Source: Octopus sinensis (lineage: Eukaryota). From it: a DNA stretch of 64,000 nt. Both the position numbers and the translations under genes were made by a program. The stretch lies in the NCBI RefSeq assembly GCF_006345805.1, contig NC_043005.1, positions 57,164,001-57,228,000 on the forward strand. Direction: 5' to 3'. Below, one piece after another: positions 12,277 through 25,440 of this stretch. Position 1 is the stretch's first letter. Every line of letters starts with the position of its first letter. The notes beneath the pieces are model-generated. The model was not told where the DNA came from and ran no database searches. It saw only the letters and a program-made list of their open reading frames with translations.

Positions 12277-12315
12277 ATATAGCGCTTGCATCTACTCTAG
12301 TAGATTCTTCAGATT
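12277..12315 (-). ncRNA. Degenerate minimal HHR (GCAA in place of GAAA); duplicate at 16416-16454
   Basis: Minus strand: aat-CTGAAGA-atctac(taga)gtagat-GCAA-gcgc-TA-tat. Stem I pairs poorly. Confidence 0.5.
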
Positions 12316-12705
12316 GGAAATTTTTTTTGAGGGATCGTCTCTTTTATAGTATTATTGAGTGTTGTAGGGGTAGAGAGAGATATAGGATAGTAAAAGAGGT
12401 GGTGAGGAATGGGGAGAAAGTGAGCAAGAGTGGGTGTGTGTGTGTGTATGTGTGCCTGTGTATCTGAAAGGAGTGTCAATGGAAAAGAGAAGAAAGAAAG
12501 AAGGAGAGTGAAAGAACAAAAGATATGTTTACATCTATACAGCTGGTCAGTTCTTTCAGCTGTATAGATGTAAACATTTTTTCTTCTTTCTCTCTTCCTT
12601 CTTTCTTCCTCTCTCCTTTCCATTGACACTCCCTTCAGACAAACACACACACACACACACACACAAATTTCGAAACAAATATATTGTAAATATATTGCTA
12701 ATATA

Positions 12706-13882
12706 CACCAGACATGCAGAAGTATATAGACACCTTTAATTTTCAAAATTTCTCCTCTAAGCGTCTTAATATGTTTTCAGCATATAGAATTTACAAGGCA
12801 ATTATTTTTTTCATTCAGGTGCCATTATATTAAACATTTGCGAGAGTAACCATGCCACGCACAAAAAAAAATTCAGCAGAACTGCCAGATTTTCAAAGAG
12901 GCCGTATTGTTGCTTAATCTGAGGCTGTCGAAACTCTTCAAATTCCTCTTGCTACTGTTAATAAAGCCGAGGAAAAGAATCAACAGATTCTCGTCCCGGC
13001 CGACCTGGGCCCTCGGAAAGGAAGCTTCGCTGTTTGAAGAGAATTGTGAAAAACGAACCCCGTCCGAAGGCTTCTGACATTGCAAAACAGCTAGAAGTTA
13101 GTCCAAGAAGTGTGTTACATATTTGCATAAGCTTGGGTATTATGGACGAGCAGCTAGAAGAAAACCAACTAATATCATGAAAAGAAATCAAATGGCTAAG
13201 GAGATGTCAGAAAAGTCCAATTCATTTTGGGATAGAGTGATTCTTAGATGAATCCAGATTTGCATTATTTTCAGACAGGCTTCCCAATCAAGACTTGATT
13301 TTAAACGACTCCAACCAACTGTGAAACATGGCGGTATCTCTGTAATGGTATGGGGAGCTGTCACCAGCAATGGTTGTTCTGAGTCTGATCGAATGTGTTG
13401 GTACCATAAACTGAAAAATACATCGAATTCTTAAGCAAGGACTACTTCCGTGTATTACAAGATATATAACGAAAAATGAGCTTTTATTCATGGCAGATGG
13501 GGCTCCATTCCACTCAGCGAAAAGGAATTAACAAGGCTCACTGAAAAAGGGATGAAAAAGCTTCTTGGCCGAGCCAATATCCTGACATGAATACAGTTGA
13601 AAATCTTTGGAGTATACGAGATAGAGCTATACGAAAAACTCGACAGAAACCTAAATCTAAAGATGAATTGTTTCGATTGTAGCGTGAAAAGTAGGTAGAA
13701 ATTCCACAAGTGACAATCGCAAAGCACATCAGTTCAATGCCAAAAAGAGTTTCTGAATTAAAAACTGCAAGGGAATGTCAATAAATACTAAAGTATGTAG
13801 TCCTACCTATCGATTACATTTCAATTGTTTGCTTTGCGTATTAAACAAATCACGGTGTCTATTTACTTCCTGCATGTCTGTG
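12706..13882 (+). mobile_element. Decayed Tc1-family transposon
   Basis: TIRs cagacatgcagaagtatatagacacc and ggtgtctatttacttcctgcatgtctgtg. [25 protein letters not shown] and WPSQYPDMNTVENLW remnants. Confidence 0.88.
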
Positions 13883-13964
13883 TATCTGCAATAAATGTTA
13901 TAAAGTTTAAGAGGGATTCATGGTCTTTTTGTGTTCTGAATGCCTAACATGTCCTTCTGCGCTG

Positions 13965-14006
<42 letters not shown>

Positions 14007-14078
14007 TATATTAATATATAACTACGGTAAAAGACAAAGAAAGAAAGATACCTCAATATTATGTAAATAGAGGAAATT

Positions 14079-14289
14079 TATCTGTAAATTAATATGCCAA
14101 TTATTCAATACCCAAGATATAACTCTGAGTTTCAGATGCCGAAGTGGAAATCCACAACAAAATCTCTTCGGTTATCTGGCCATCTCAGATAACCGAAAGA
14201 GATGCTGTTGTGGATTTCCACTTCGGCATCTGAAAACTCAGAGTTTTATCTTGACTATTGAATAATGGTAACATATTAATTTACAGATA
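14079..14289. repeat. Fold-back palindrome made of two divergent HHR-like motifs (duplicate at 18239-18449)
   Basis: Arms 14079-14178 and 14186-14289 with 7-nt spacer gccatct. Plus arm: agataa-CCGAAAGA-gatgc..gcatc-t-GAAAA-ctcagag-TT-ttatct (14187-14251). Minus-arm copy at 14115-14177. Confidence 0.75.
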
Positions 14290-14312
14290 GATATATATTA
14301 TATAATATAATA

Positions 14313-14382
<70 letters not shown>

Positions 14383-14565
14383 TCATATTGATCCGCGGAA
14401 AGAGGGTGGAGCCAAAGTTAGCTTCGAGCAAGAGTGAATATAAGGAAACAACTTTCAGGTACATAGTGACTTTTATTGAAAACGGAAGGTTGTAGATTAT
14501 ATCTTATACCGATTACAATATGAAAAAAATGTTTATATATATATACTTGGTTATATATATATATA

Positions 14566-14603
<38 letters not shown>

Positions 14604-15455
14604 TATATATATATATATAAATGTGTGTGTATTACGGGGAGGTACTTGCATAACAAGAAAAAATATTTTGACAAATTAGATTTAAAATTTGAAATGAATA
14701 TAACGGTTTGAGTGTGTGTTTTTAAATGGCTTATAAACACTTTCCACGCTGCAATTGTTATATTATATATATATATAAGTACAGACTAACACGTGCACTC
14801 ATGCGTTCATGCATATACATATACCCACATGTTTATCCTCCCTGTTACTCAAGGGCGGTGATTTGCGGCAACTTACATCTGATGTCAGTTTAATTTACAT
14901 ATATATAAATACACATCTGTACACATAAGAACACCCTTACATTATTATATATACACAAAGGCACGCGCTTATTTTCACACTTACGCAGAAACCTGAACAC
15001 TTACCATAAACACATTCTCACGTCCATAAAAAGAAAACATTGCCCACTCTAGCAGATAAACATTGCCCACTCTAGCAAACAAACACACGTACACTCGTTC
15101 AGTGCTCATTTTCATACGCTTACTCACACAAACACACATACACGTACATATACACACATAACTGATGCATTCGGATCAGCATATATCAAAAGCAAAAGCC
15201 ACATTGTTGCTTTTGCAGAAGAATGTTGAAATATGTGGTGTGTAACACCTGTGAAAAAAATTTGAACCGCGATTGATTCATGTAGTTCTGTATTGTAGCA
15301 ATCTGCTTCCGAGATGAACTAATCCAAAAATATGTTTTCGATATACATTCTAAAAGAAATGTCATTTCCTGCTTTGATCTTCTTTCTTTCACTTTTCTCT
15401 ATTCAACTTTGCTCTTACATTCCCCACTTTCTCTACAGACTTTTGTTTCTTCACC

Positions 15456-15555
15456 NNNNNNNNNNNNNNNNNNNNNNNNNNNNNNNNNNNNNNNNNNNNN
15501 NNNNNNNNNNNNNNNNNNNNNNNNNNNNNNNNNNNNNNNNNNNNNNNNNNNNNNN
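15456..15555. other. Assembly gap (100 N)
   Basis: Run of N. Confidence 1.
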
Positions 15556-16846
15556 CCTCTCTCTCTCTTCTTCCCCCTCTCTCTCTTCTTCCCCCTCTCT
15601 CTCTTCTTCCCGCTCTATCTATCTTCTTCCCCTCTCTCTCTTCTTCCCCATCTCTCTCTCCTTCCCTCTCTCTCTCCCCTTCCCCCCCCTCTCTCTCTCC
15701 CCTTTCCCACCCTCTCTCTCTCTCGGACAGCCATGTTAAAGTGGCTATGAATATTTTATATATATATATGTGTGTGCATGTGTGTTATGAAGTATATTTT
15801 CCACCTAAATGTGGCTAACCCTTAAGGGTTGATGCTATTCTTGCTGGTAGCCCCAGGAAGGCATCTCCTCCAGCTGGCTATTGACACACTATCTTTGCCC
15901 TATCAGTATTTGCAAAGGGAAGTCATCGTTCCCATCTCCAGCCTGACGTGATACACACGGACCCGAGTTTCTGGGTATTGACCCGTAATCAGCGTGTGAC
16001 AACCACCGGTTGGCGATCGATAGGAAGTGATTCTCAATGCAAATATATATACTGTTTCCAGTGACGAAAAGTCATTGATCTCGAAAAAGTGGAAACAAGC
16101 AATAATAAATCTCTGAGCGAGGTATAAACAGATAGTGTGTCAATAGCCAGCTGGAGGAGATGTCTTCCTGGGGCTACAAGCAACAGTAGCATCAACCCTT
16201 AAGGGTTAGCCACATTTAGGTGGCAAATATACTTCACAATGTCGTGCGGCTACTGCTTATACTCGCTCAGACATTTATTATTGCTTATATATATATTAGA
16301 AGGTTTGGATGTGATGTACAGGTATTATATATTAGAAGAAATAAGGTACTCAGAAATCTGGATGGTTGTACGTTTACAGATTTTTATTAATATGTCACAT
16401 GTTTTTATAAATCATATATAGCGCTTGCATCTACTCTAGTAGATTCTTCAGATTGGAAATTTTTTTTTGAAGGGATTCGTCTCTTTTTATAGTATTATAG
16501 AGTGTGTAGGGGTAGAGAGAGATATAGGATAGTAAAAGAGGGTGAGGAATGGGGAGAAAGTGAGCAAGTGTGTGTGTGTGTGTGTATGTGTGCCTGTGTA
16601 TCTGAAAGGAGTGTCAATGGAAAAGAGAAGAAAAGAAAGAAGGAAGAGTGAAAGAAAAAATATGTTTACATCTATACAGCTGGTCAGTTCTTTCAACTGT
16701 ATAGATGTAAACATATTTTTTCTTCTTCTCTCTTCCTTCTTTCTTTCCTTCTCCTTTCCATTGACATCCCTTCACACACAACACACACACACACACAACA
16801 CACAAATTTCGAAAAACAAATATATTGTAAATATATTGCTAATATA

Positions 16847-18042
16847 CACAGACATGCAGAAGTATATAGACACCTTTAATTTTCAAAATTTCTCCTCTAA
16901 GCGTCTTAATATGTTTTCAGCAGTATAGAATTTACAATGCAATTATTCTTTTTCATTCCAGGTGCCATTATATTAAACATTTGCGAAGAGTAACCATGCC
17001 ACGCACAAAAAAATTCAGCAGAACTGCCAGATTTTCAAAGAGGCCGTATTGTTGCTTAATCTGAGGCTGTCGAAAATCTTCAAATTCCTCTTGCTACTGT
17101 TAATAAAGCCGAGGAAAAGAATCAACAGATTCTCGTCCCGGCCGACCTGGGCCCTCGGAAAGGAAGCTTCGCTGTTTGAAGAGAATTGTGAAAAACGAAC
17201 CCCGTCCGAAGGCTTCTGACATTGCAAAACAGCTAGAAGTTAGTCCAAGAACGTGTGTTACATATTTGCATAAGCTTGGGTATTATGGACGAGCAGCTAG
17301 AAGAAAACCAACTAATATCATGAAAAGAAATCAAATGGGCTAAGGAGATGTCAGAAAAATCCAATTCATTTTGGGATAGAGTGATTTTCTTAGATGAATC
17401 CAGATTTGCATTATTTTGACAGGACAGGCTTCCCAATCAAGACTTTGATTTTAAACGACTCTAACCAACTGTGTAAACATGGCGGTATCTCTGTAATGGT
17501 ATGGGGAGCTGTCACCAGCAATGGTTGTTCTGAGCTGATCGAATGTGTTGGTACCATAAACTGAAAAATACATCGAATTACTTAAGCAAGGACTACTTCC
17601 GATGTATTTACAAGATAATATAACGAAAAATGAGCTTTTATTCATGGCAGATGGGGCTCCATTCCACTCAGCGAAAAGGAATTAACAATGGCTCACTGAA
17701 AAAGGGATGAAAAAGCTTCTTTGGCCGAGCCAATATCCTGACAGTTGAATACAGTTGAAAATCTTTGGAGTATACGAGATAGAGCTATACGAAAAACTCG
17801 ACGGAAACCTAAATCTAAAGATGAATTGTTTCGATTGTTGCGTGAAAAGTAGGTAGAAATTCCACAAGTGACAATCGCAAAGCACATCAGTTCAATGCCA
17901 AAAAGAGTTTCTGAATTAAAAACTGCAAAGGGAATGTCAACTAAATACTAAAGTATGTAGTCCTACCTATCGATTACATTTCAATTGTTTGCTTTGCGTA
18001 TTAAACAAATCACGGTGTCTATTTACTTCCTGCATGTCTGTG
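16847..18042 (+). mobile_element. Tc1-family transposon, duplicate of 12706-13882
   Basis: Same TIRs and motifs. Confidence 0.88.
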
Positions 18043-18124
18043 TATCTGCAATAAATGTTATAAAGTTTAAGAGGGATTCATGGTCTTTTTGTGTTCTGAA
18101 TGCCTAACATGTCCTTCTGCGCTG

Positions 18125-18166
<42 letters not shown>

Positions 18167-18472
18167 TATATTAATATATAACTACGGTAAAAGACAAAGA
18201 AAGAAAGATACCTCAATATTATGTAAATAGAGGAAATTTATCTGTAAATTAATATGCCAATTATTCAATACCCAAGATATAACTCTGAGTTTCAGATGCC
18301 GAAGTGGAAATCCACAACAAAATCTCTTCGGTTATCTGGCCATCTCAGATAACCGAAAGAGATGCTGTTGTGGATTTCCACTTCGGCATCTGAAAACTCA
18401 GAGTTTTATCTTGACTATTGAATAATGGTAACATATTAATTTACAGATAGATATATATTATATAATATAATA

Positions 18473-18542
<70 letters not shown>

Positions 18543-18725
18543 TCATATTGATCCGCGGAAAGAGGGTGGAGCCAAAGTTAGCTTCGAGCAAGAGTGAATA
18601 TAAGGAAACAACTTTCAGGTACATAGTGACTTTTATTGAAAACGGAAGGTTGTAGATTATATCTTATACCGATTACAATATGAAAAAAATGTTTATATAT
18701 ATATACTTGGTTATATATATATATA

Positions 18726-18763
<38 letters not shown>

Positions 18764-21687
18764 TATATATATATATATAAATGTGTGTGTATTACGGGGA
18801 GGTACTTGCATAACAAGAAAAAATATTTTGACAAATTAGATTTAAAATTTGAAATGAATATAACGGTTTGAGTGTGTGTTTTTAAATGGCTTATAAACAC
18901 TTTCCACGCTGCATATATATATATTATATTATATATATATATATATATACAGACTAACACGTGCACTCATGCGTTCATGCATATACATATACCCACATGT
19001 TATCCTCCCTGTTACTCAAGGGCGGTGATTTGCGGCAACTTACATCTGATGTCAGTTTAATTTACATATATATAAATACACATCTGTACACAAAGAACAC
19101 CCTTACATTATTATATATACACAAAGCACGCGCTTATTTTCACACTTACGCAGAACCTGACACTTACCATAAACACATTCTCACGTCCATAAAAAGAAAA
19201 CATTGCCCACTCTAGCAGATAAACATTGCCCACTCTAGCAAACAAACACACGTACACTCGTTCAGTGCTCATTTTCATACGCTTATTCACACAAACACAC
19301 ATACACGTACATATACACACATAACTGATGCATTCGGATCAGCATATATCAACAGCAAAAGCCACATTGTTGCTTTTGCAGAAGAATGTTTGAAATATGT
19401 GTTGTTGTAACTACCTGTGAAAAAATTTGAACCGCGATTGATTCATGTAGTTCTGTATTGTAGCAATCTGCTTCCGAGATGAACTAATCCAAAAATAATG
19501 TTTCGATATACATTCTAAAAGAAAATGTCATTTCCTGCTTTGATCTTCTTTCTTTCACTTTTCTCTATTCAACTTTGCTCTTACATTCCCCACTTTCTCT
19601 ACAGACTTTTGTTTCTTCACCGACTGATCTTCAGACAGGCGCAGTAGAGTAAGTCACCTCTCCTCCTTTAACAGTCATATAGAACAGCCATGCAAGCTAA
19701 TTACTATTACAGCAATTATTACAGTTATGTATTTCACTTATCAACAACGACAGCCTCATGACTTCAGCTTATTTCAAGTTGCCCATATCTCGAGAACTAA
19801 ACCAACTTCAATAAGTTTAATGGACATTGAAAACATGAACGGACGCACAATTTACTCTTCCGATCCATCGCAGCTTATATGCCATATGACATTGCATATA
19901 CTTTACCAGAACCATTTTAGCTTATACAAGTTACACGTCTTTCGTCCACTTTCTTCGTCCGTTACAATACCATAAATTCATCTTTGAGAAGGACTCGCCA
20001 TTCAGTTACTTTCATTAGTCTCACTATAAGACACATGCTTAGCTAAACGAATCAGCCAGTTCAAAGAAATTATCTACTTTAACTGTATAACGTTCATAAT
20101 TATTTGATATTAATATCCTTATGTAAAGTTCTGCTCTCATGAATGTTGTCACTTTCACACTCTTGTATTGATGACTAATTGAAATTGTGCTCTATGTTTC
20201 GCTTTGAATATTTGAACGTGGTTTTATATTACTTGGACTGTCGTTTTTGCATAACACATAAATTATCGTTTATATTGCCTTTGAAATACATTGTTGCATT
20301 GCTTGAACAATATTGTAAATTACTTCAATAAATATCAACCCACTACATAGACTGGGTAATTCAAAACCGGAGGAAATGGAGAAATAAAAGCAATAAACTT
20401 GTCTATATAATTAGTTATTACATAATTATAATAAAAAATAATTACTATTTATTTTGTTTTCTCTCTATACAACATTTTGCTTGAACTTAACGCAGTATTT
20501 TCTACATTCCTAGACCCGCACCCATCACTGGCTCACGACGTCCTGTTTTCTCCCTCTGCTTTTTATCCTGCTACTCTAGTAAGCCTCTGTGTCTCAGATT
20601 TGGCTGGTCTAGGGCCACCACCTTCAGTATCGGCACTAACTACTGCCGGCAAGTACTTCACAACCCAGATCGCCGGCTCTTTAGCATTCTCCCACTCCAC
20701 ATGCTGCTGCTGTCGACTTGCACTTCGCATGTTGCCACCGTCGACTTCTTCCACTCCACATGTTGCAGCCATTTGTTGAAGAGTAACAGATGAAGAGGAA
20801 CATTAACAATGTCGGTATCACCAATCTCAGGAAGCCATGGTTAGGATCATACCTGCCCGATCAATTCATTAAAAAATTATTATGCCGGTCTACTTAAACC
20901 GAAATCTTGTGAGGTACCGCTTAGCTTTTTTTAAAACATGTCTCCAGAAGGTACTATTGTTTTTACAGCCACACCAACGATCGGTTGTCTGGGCTCGGAA
21001 GCTTTGGATAGTAACCAGTTAAAAAAACAAAAGGATAGTTTCGAGCATAAACCCTCATTGACTGGGAGTTACTGAGAAGAAACGAAGAGTAAGGGAGACA
21101 ACTGTGATAGAAAATCGAGTCGGAAGAGAATAATTTAGGACCACTGACTATTAATTCTGAAGCGAGTATGAGGATGTAACGAATACAGGGCGGTGGTTGT
21201 GCCTGAAGCATCCAACTCTGTCGCGAGGCAGGGACTATCCAATGATGACTTTGCTGGCCTAAACTATCAATAATATCTTTGTTAAAGAATAATGAATTTG
21301 TACTCGATAACCCTTCAGATTAATGTAAAATTGTTATTATAACTGAACATAAAAACAAATATTAATATTTTTACACGCACACGCGCCCACACGTGCACAA
21401 ACACACGTGCACGCACACCACACACACACCACACACATATATATGTATGTATATGTATGTGTATGTATATATATACATGTATATTTAAAGGTATATATAT
21501 ATATAGATATAGACTAAAATGGATATTAGCATATGGATTTTCTATCTTATAAATTAAGTTAATATTTAACATTATAGTCGATTTCGATATAATCATATTT
21601 AATAATAGAGTATATTGTAAGTAAATTTTTATTTAGATTATATAGATATTTATATCTTAAAAATATTGATTATATTTTAGGTTTTGA

Positions 21688-21741
21688 AACCACCTGAAGA
21701 ATGTCTCAAAGATGTGCTGACACGAAACGATCGTAGTGGTT
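21688..21741 (+). ncRNA. Type I hammerhead ribozyme with canonical core, in an AT-rich pLTR-like fragment (~21510-21935)
   Basis: aaccac-CTGAAGA-atgtc(tcaaagatgtgct)gacac-GAAA-cgatcg-TA-gtggtt. Confidence 0.88.
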
Positions 21742-21950
21742 ATTTATAATTGTTAAATTTAATTTATATAAATTATTTTATGTATTGGCTTAAGTCTTTC
21801 TTTGTTTGATTTGCATAATAGTGGTTTTGTCTCTAATTTAATATTATATAATATTTTACTATAAAATTGGATTCAATCCTAAATCTGATTTTTCCCTGTA
21901 AATTTGGATTTATTCCCTAATATTTATTATTATTATTATTATATATATAT

Positions 21951-22205
21951 AACCGGTTCTCAACATACACTGATAAACAGTTTCGCCATGGGCTCTTAGG
22001 AGCATAGTTCGATTTGTTTTTGCTCCGCCTCTGTTCTGTTTTTGTTTTTCCAACGGATTTCCTATTTTCTTCCTGAAGAGAAAGACACAATATGTCCCCA
22101 TATTCAATCGGATTTGGTAATTTGTGCCTTTCGAAACACGTGTAGAATGAAATAAAACGATTTCTGTTCAATTTGCGTTCAGCTCCATTTCTTCAATTCA
22201 CCAAT

Positions 22206-22214
<9 letters not shown>
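21951..22214 (+). mobile_element. Solo pLTR fragment of the 334-2473 PLE family, with HHR at 22070-22147
   Basis: Close match to ~2209-2473, flanked by (TA)n; ttc-CTGAAGA...GAAA-cacgtg-TA-gaa. Confidence 0.85.
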
Positions 22215-22245
<31 letters not shown>

Positions 22246-22259
22246 GTATGCGTGTATAT

Positions 22260-23271
22260 ATTTTGTTAGATAAAATGAGACAACAAAACCAAGGCTGTGT
22301 AGAATTCATAGGACATTTATAAAGAGATAGTCTTACAGCTGTTTCTATAATATTAGGGATATCCCTTCATCAGAGACAATATGAGAGAGTAAACTAGAGG
22401 GAAATAGTGAAGTTTAATCTAAGGAGTTATTTTGGAAAATGATGGACGTAGGAAGTGTAAAGGGAAATAAAGGAATAAAAATAAAAGTAAATATATATGT
22501 TGGATGTCACAGTTGCAGTTCCATTATCCAAGGAAAGTGCTGTGTAGAATGGATAGAAATTTTTTTTGTCCATGGTATGTAGATTCCGGTGGGAGTTCAT
22601 ATTTTGTTATTACTAATGGATAGTGTGGAGACATACATTTCATGTGTTGTTCATTCAAAGGGACCTTGTGGAGTGAATGAAATTTTGAGAATGCACTGGT
22701 AGGGGTAAGTAGATAGAGAGAAGAGAATAGATATGTATGTTAGGAGGAGAAAGGCATTAGTCAAAAAGAATAAGGGAGGAAATACCAAAGAAAGAAAGAA
22801 AGAAAAATAAAAAAGGAGTGCTAGATGGTAGTCAAAATATTGTGAAGGAGATGGGAAAGGAGAGCTATCAAGATAAAAGGGATAGGGGTATAGGAGGAAG
22901 TGATAAGAATGTAAGGAAGGAATATGTGTGAGAAATGGGAGGTGGGATGATATGTTTGACAGGCGCTAAAGTGGTTAGATAGGTAAAGAAAATGGTACGG
23001 TGAGGTGTACTAAAGTGAGTAGTAAACCTGAAAAAGGAAGGGAAGAATAATAAGATATAATGGTCAAGTTTCTAAAAATAGAAGTAGGTATTTATTGTGC
23101 AAGCTAAAGTGATAGTGGGGGGCTGATGAATCAGAGAGAGAAAGACAGAAAGAGGGATGCATACATAGATATACACACGCGTGCACACATAAACATATAA
23201 ATGTTTATATGAGCTATTATATAGGCCCGCATACTTATGTACCTATAACCATACGCATATCTGCATATATA

Positions 23272-23312
<41 letters not shown>

Positions 23313-23812
23313 CACAACACACACACATATATATATATATATACATACACACATACAAACATGCTTATATATGAATTATTAAACAACTAATAATTAAAAT
23401 TAAAAATTGAAAAGTTAAAGAATTATGACATTGGAAAGTCAAATAAGGTTGTTGGATATTACCTAAGGAGTGTTCGGTATATGTACCGTGTGGTGATTTA
23501 ATCTGCATTCAGATATGTGGTAAAATTTGAAGGTATAAAAAAAGCGACGGTTGCATGTACCAAGGGCGTCATTATACTTATCTAGAAGAGTTGTGTTTAA
23601 TATGTAGAATGCCTCTTTTAGGCATAACTTACTGTCTGAGCGGTGACCCTGGTATGGAAGTCCTAAATCTATTGTAGACCATGAGAAGTTATATGGCATA
23701 TTCCTATTTTTGAGATGATGTATGTGACTGGCGATGGTTGTGGATTTACTGTTTCTCATATCTAAAAGAAATGAGATGTGTAGCGTATCGCTGTTTAAAA
23801 TTTATAGTTGAA
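22260..23812 (-). mobile_element. 5'-truncated PLE: GIY-YIG C-terminal remnant (23463-23800), long UTR and HHR
   Basis: RYATHLISFR..KSTTIASHIHHLKNRNMPYNFSWSTI..KLCLKEAFYIL; HHR in the same orientation at 22330-22377. Confidence 0.72.
22330..22377 (-). ncRNA. Type I hammerhead ribozyme with irregular stem II
   Basis: Minus strand: gtct-CTGATGA-agggatatccct-aatattata-GAAA-cagctg-TA-agac. Confidence 0.72.
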
Positions 23813-23813
23813 C

Positions 23814-23845
<32 letters not shown>

Positions 23846-24520
23846 ATATATATAATAACACACACACCACACACATACACACACATATACATACATACGT
23901 ACGTACATACATACATACACACACAGATACATACACACACACATACATACATACATACATACATACATACATACATACACACATACACACACACATACAC
24001 ACATATATACATACACACACGCATACATACACACATACACACATACATACATACACACACGCATACATATACATACATACACATACACACGCATACACAC
24101 ATACACACATACATACACACACACATATAAACATATAAACACACATATAAGCCTCTACATTGTACACACACGCACACATATATACATACATTCACTCGCA
24201 CGCACGTACACACACACGCACACACACACACATTTACATATATATACTATACACTCACACACACATACACACGTACAAACACACACAAACTCACATACAC
24301 ACCGACAGATATACATACACAATATACACCTATCCGCGCACGCACACATACACACAAACACATACACCTATCCGCACACACACACATATACACGTACATA
24401 CATACACACTCACACAAATGAACCCACACATACATCCCTACACACACACGCACGTGCAAGCACACACGAACACACACATGCACACACACACACTACATAC
24501 AACACACACACATGATACAT
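23813..24520. repeat. Compound (TA)n/(CA)n/(CATA)n microsatellite
   Basis: Direct reading. Confidence 0.95.
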
Positions 24521-24854
24521 ATACCCCTTTGTTTTTTTGACCTGGCTTTGACCTGGCTGGATACAAACAAGCTAGCTTGTCATAAAGGAGTGCCTTATGA
24601 CAGCCAACTTGCCATTGCTCACCACACATACACACACACACACACGCACGCACAAACACACTTGTCATCCTTGCACACACACACACGCACACACGCACCC
24701 ACACACATTCCTTCTTTTTGAAACTCTCTTGCTTTTAAAAATCATGATTCGTCTACCTCTCAACTTCTGTTCTTTCAACATGTGATCTCTTGAGCACCAC
24801 CAGCAAAAATATTTTTTCCTCTGTCTTCCCTTCTTGGGATCTTTCCTTCTCCTT

Positions 24855-24889
24855 GTTTCCGACGAAGAGCTCCGCTCGAAACGTTAAAC
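24855..24889 (+). ncRNA. Minimal HHR variant (CCGACGA core) in a repeat at ~24705-24995
   Basis: gttt-CCGACGA-a-gagc(tcc)gctc-GAAA-cg-TT-aaac. Confidence 0.6.
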
Positions 24890-24993
24890 CCTCCTTCCCT
24901 TCTTTCCTGAGCGTCAATAATACTTTAATTGTTCCACGTCCTCGCGTTGCTGTGTCTTTCTTATCTTTTTTTCTGTGTTTTCTTGTTTGGATT

Positions 24994-25025
<32 letters not shown>

Positions 25026-25029
<4 letters not shown>

Positions 25030-25161
25030 CACCCACTGCCGGAGCCTCGTGGAGCTTTTAGGTGTTTTCGCTCAATAAACACTCACAATGCCCGCCTGGG
25101 AATCGAACCGCGATCCTGCGACCGCGAGTCCGCTGCCCTAACCACTAGGCCATTGCGCCTC
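25026..25161 (-). mobile_element. tRNA-derived SINE head (inverted copy of 29334-29472)
   Basis: Reverse complement reads gaggcgcaatggcctagtggttagggcagcggactcgcggtcgcaggatcgcggttcgattccc. Confidence 0.8.
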
Positions 25162-25171
25162 GACATATATA

Positions 25172-25220
<49 letters not shown>

Positions 25221-25291
25221 TATTATATTATTAATATATAATTATATATATATATATATATATAATATATATATATATATTATATATATAT

Positions 25292-25363
<72 letters not shown>

Positions 25364-25440
25364 ATATATATATATAATATATATAATATATATAATATAT
25401 AATATATATATATATATATTATATATATATATATATATAT

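Larger units (their letters stand above)
11415..19621 (+). repeat. ~4.1-kb tandem duplication (about 11415-15455 and 15556-19621) across a 100-N gap
   Basis: Both copies end gtttcttcacc, offset ~4140-4165, and differ mainly by 1-2-nt indels. Confidence 0.92.

Noticed and set aside
20477-20779. GC-richer ORFs 20477..20779 and 20563..20772
   Set aside because: No recognisable domain or clear splice signals.
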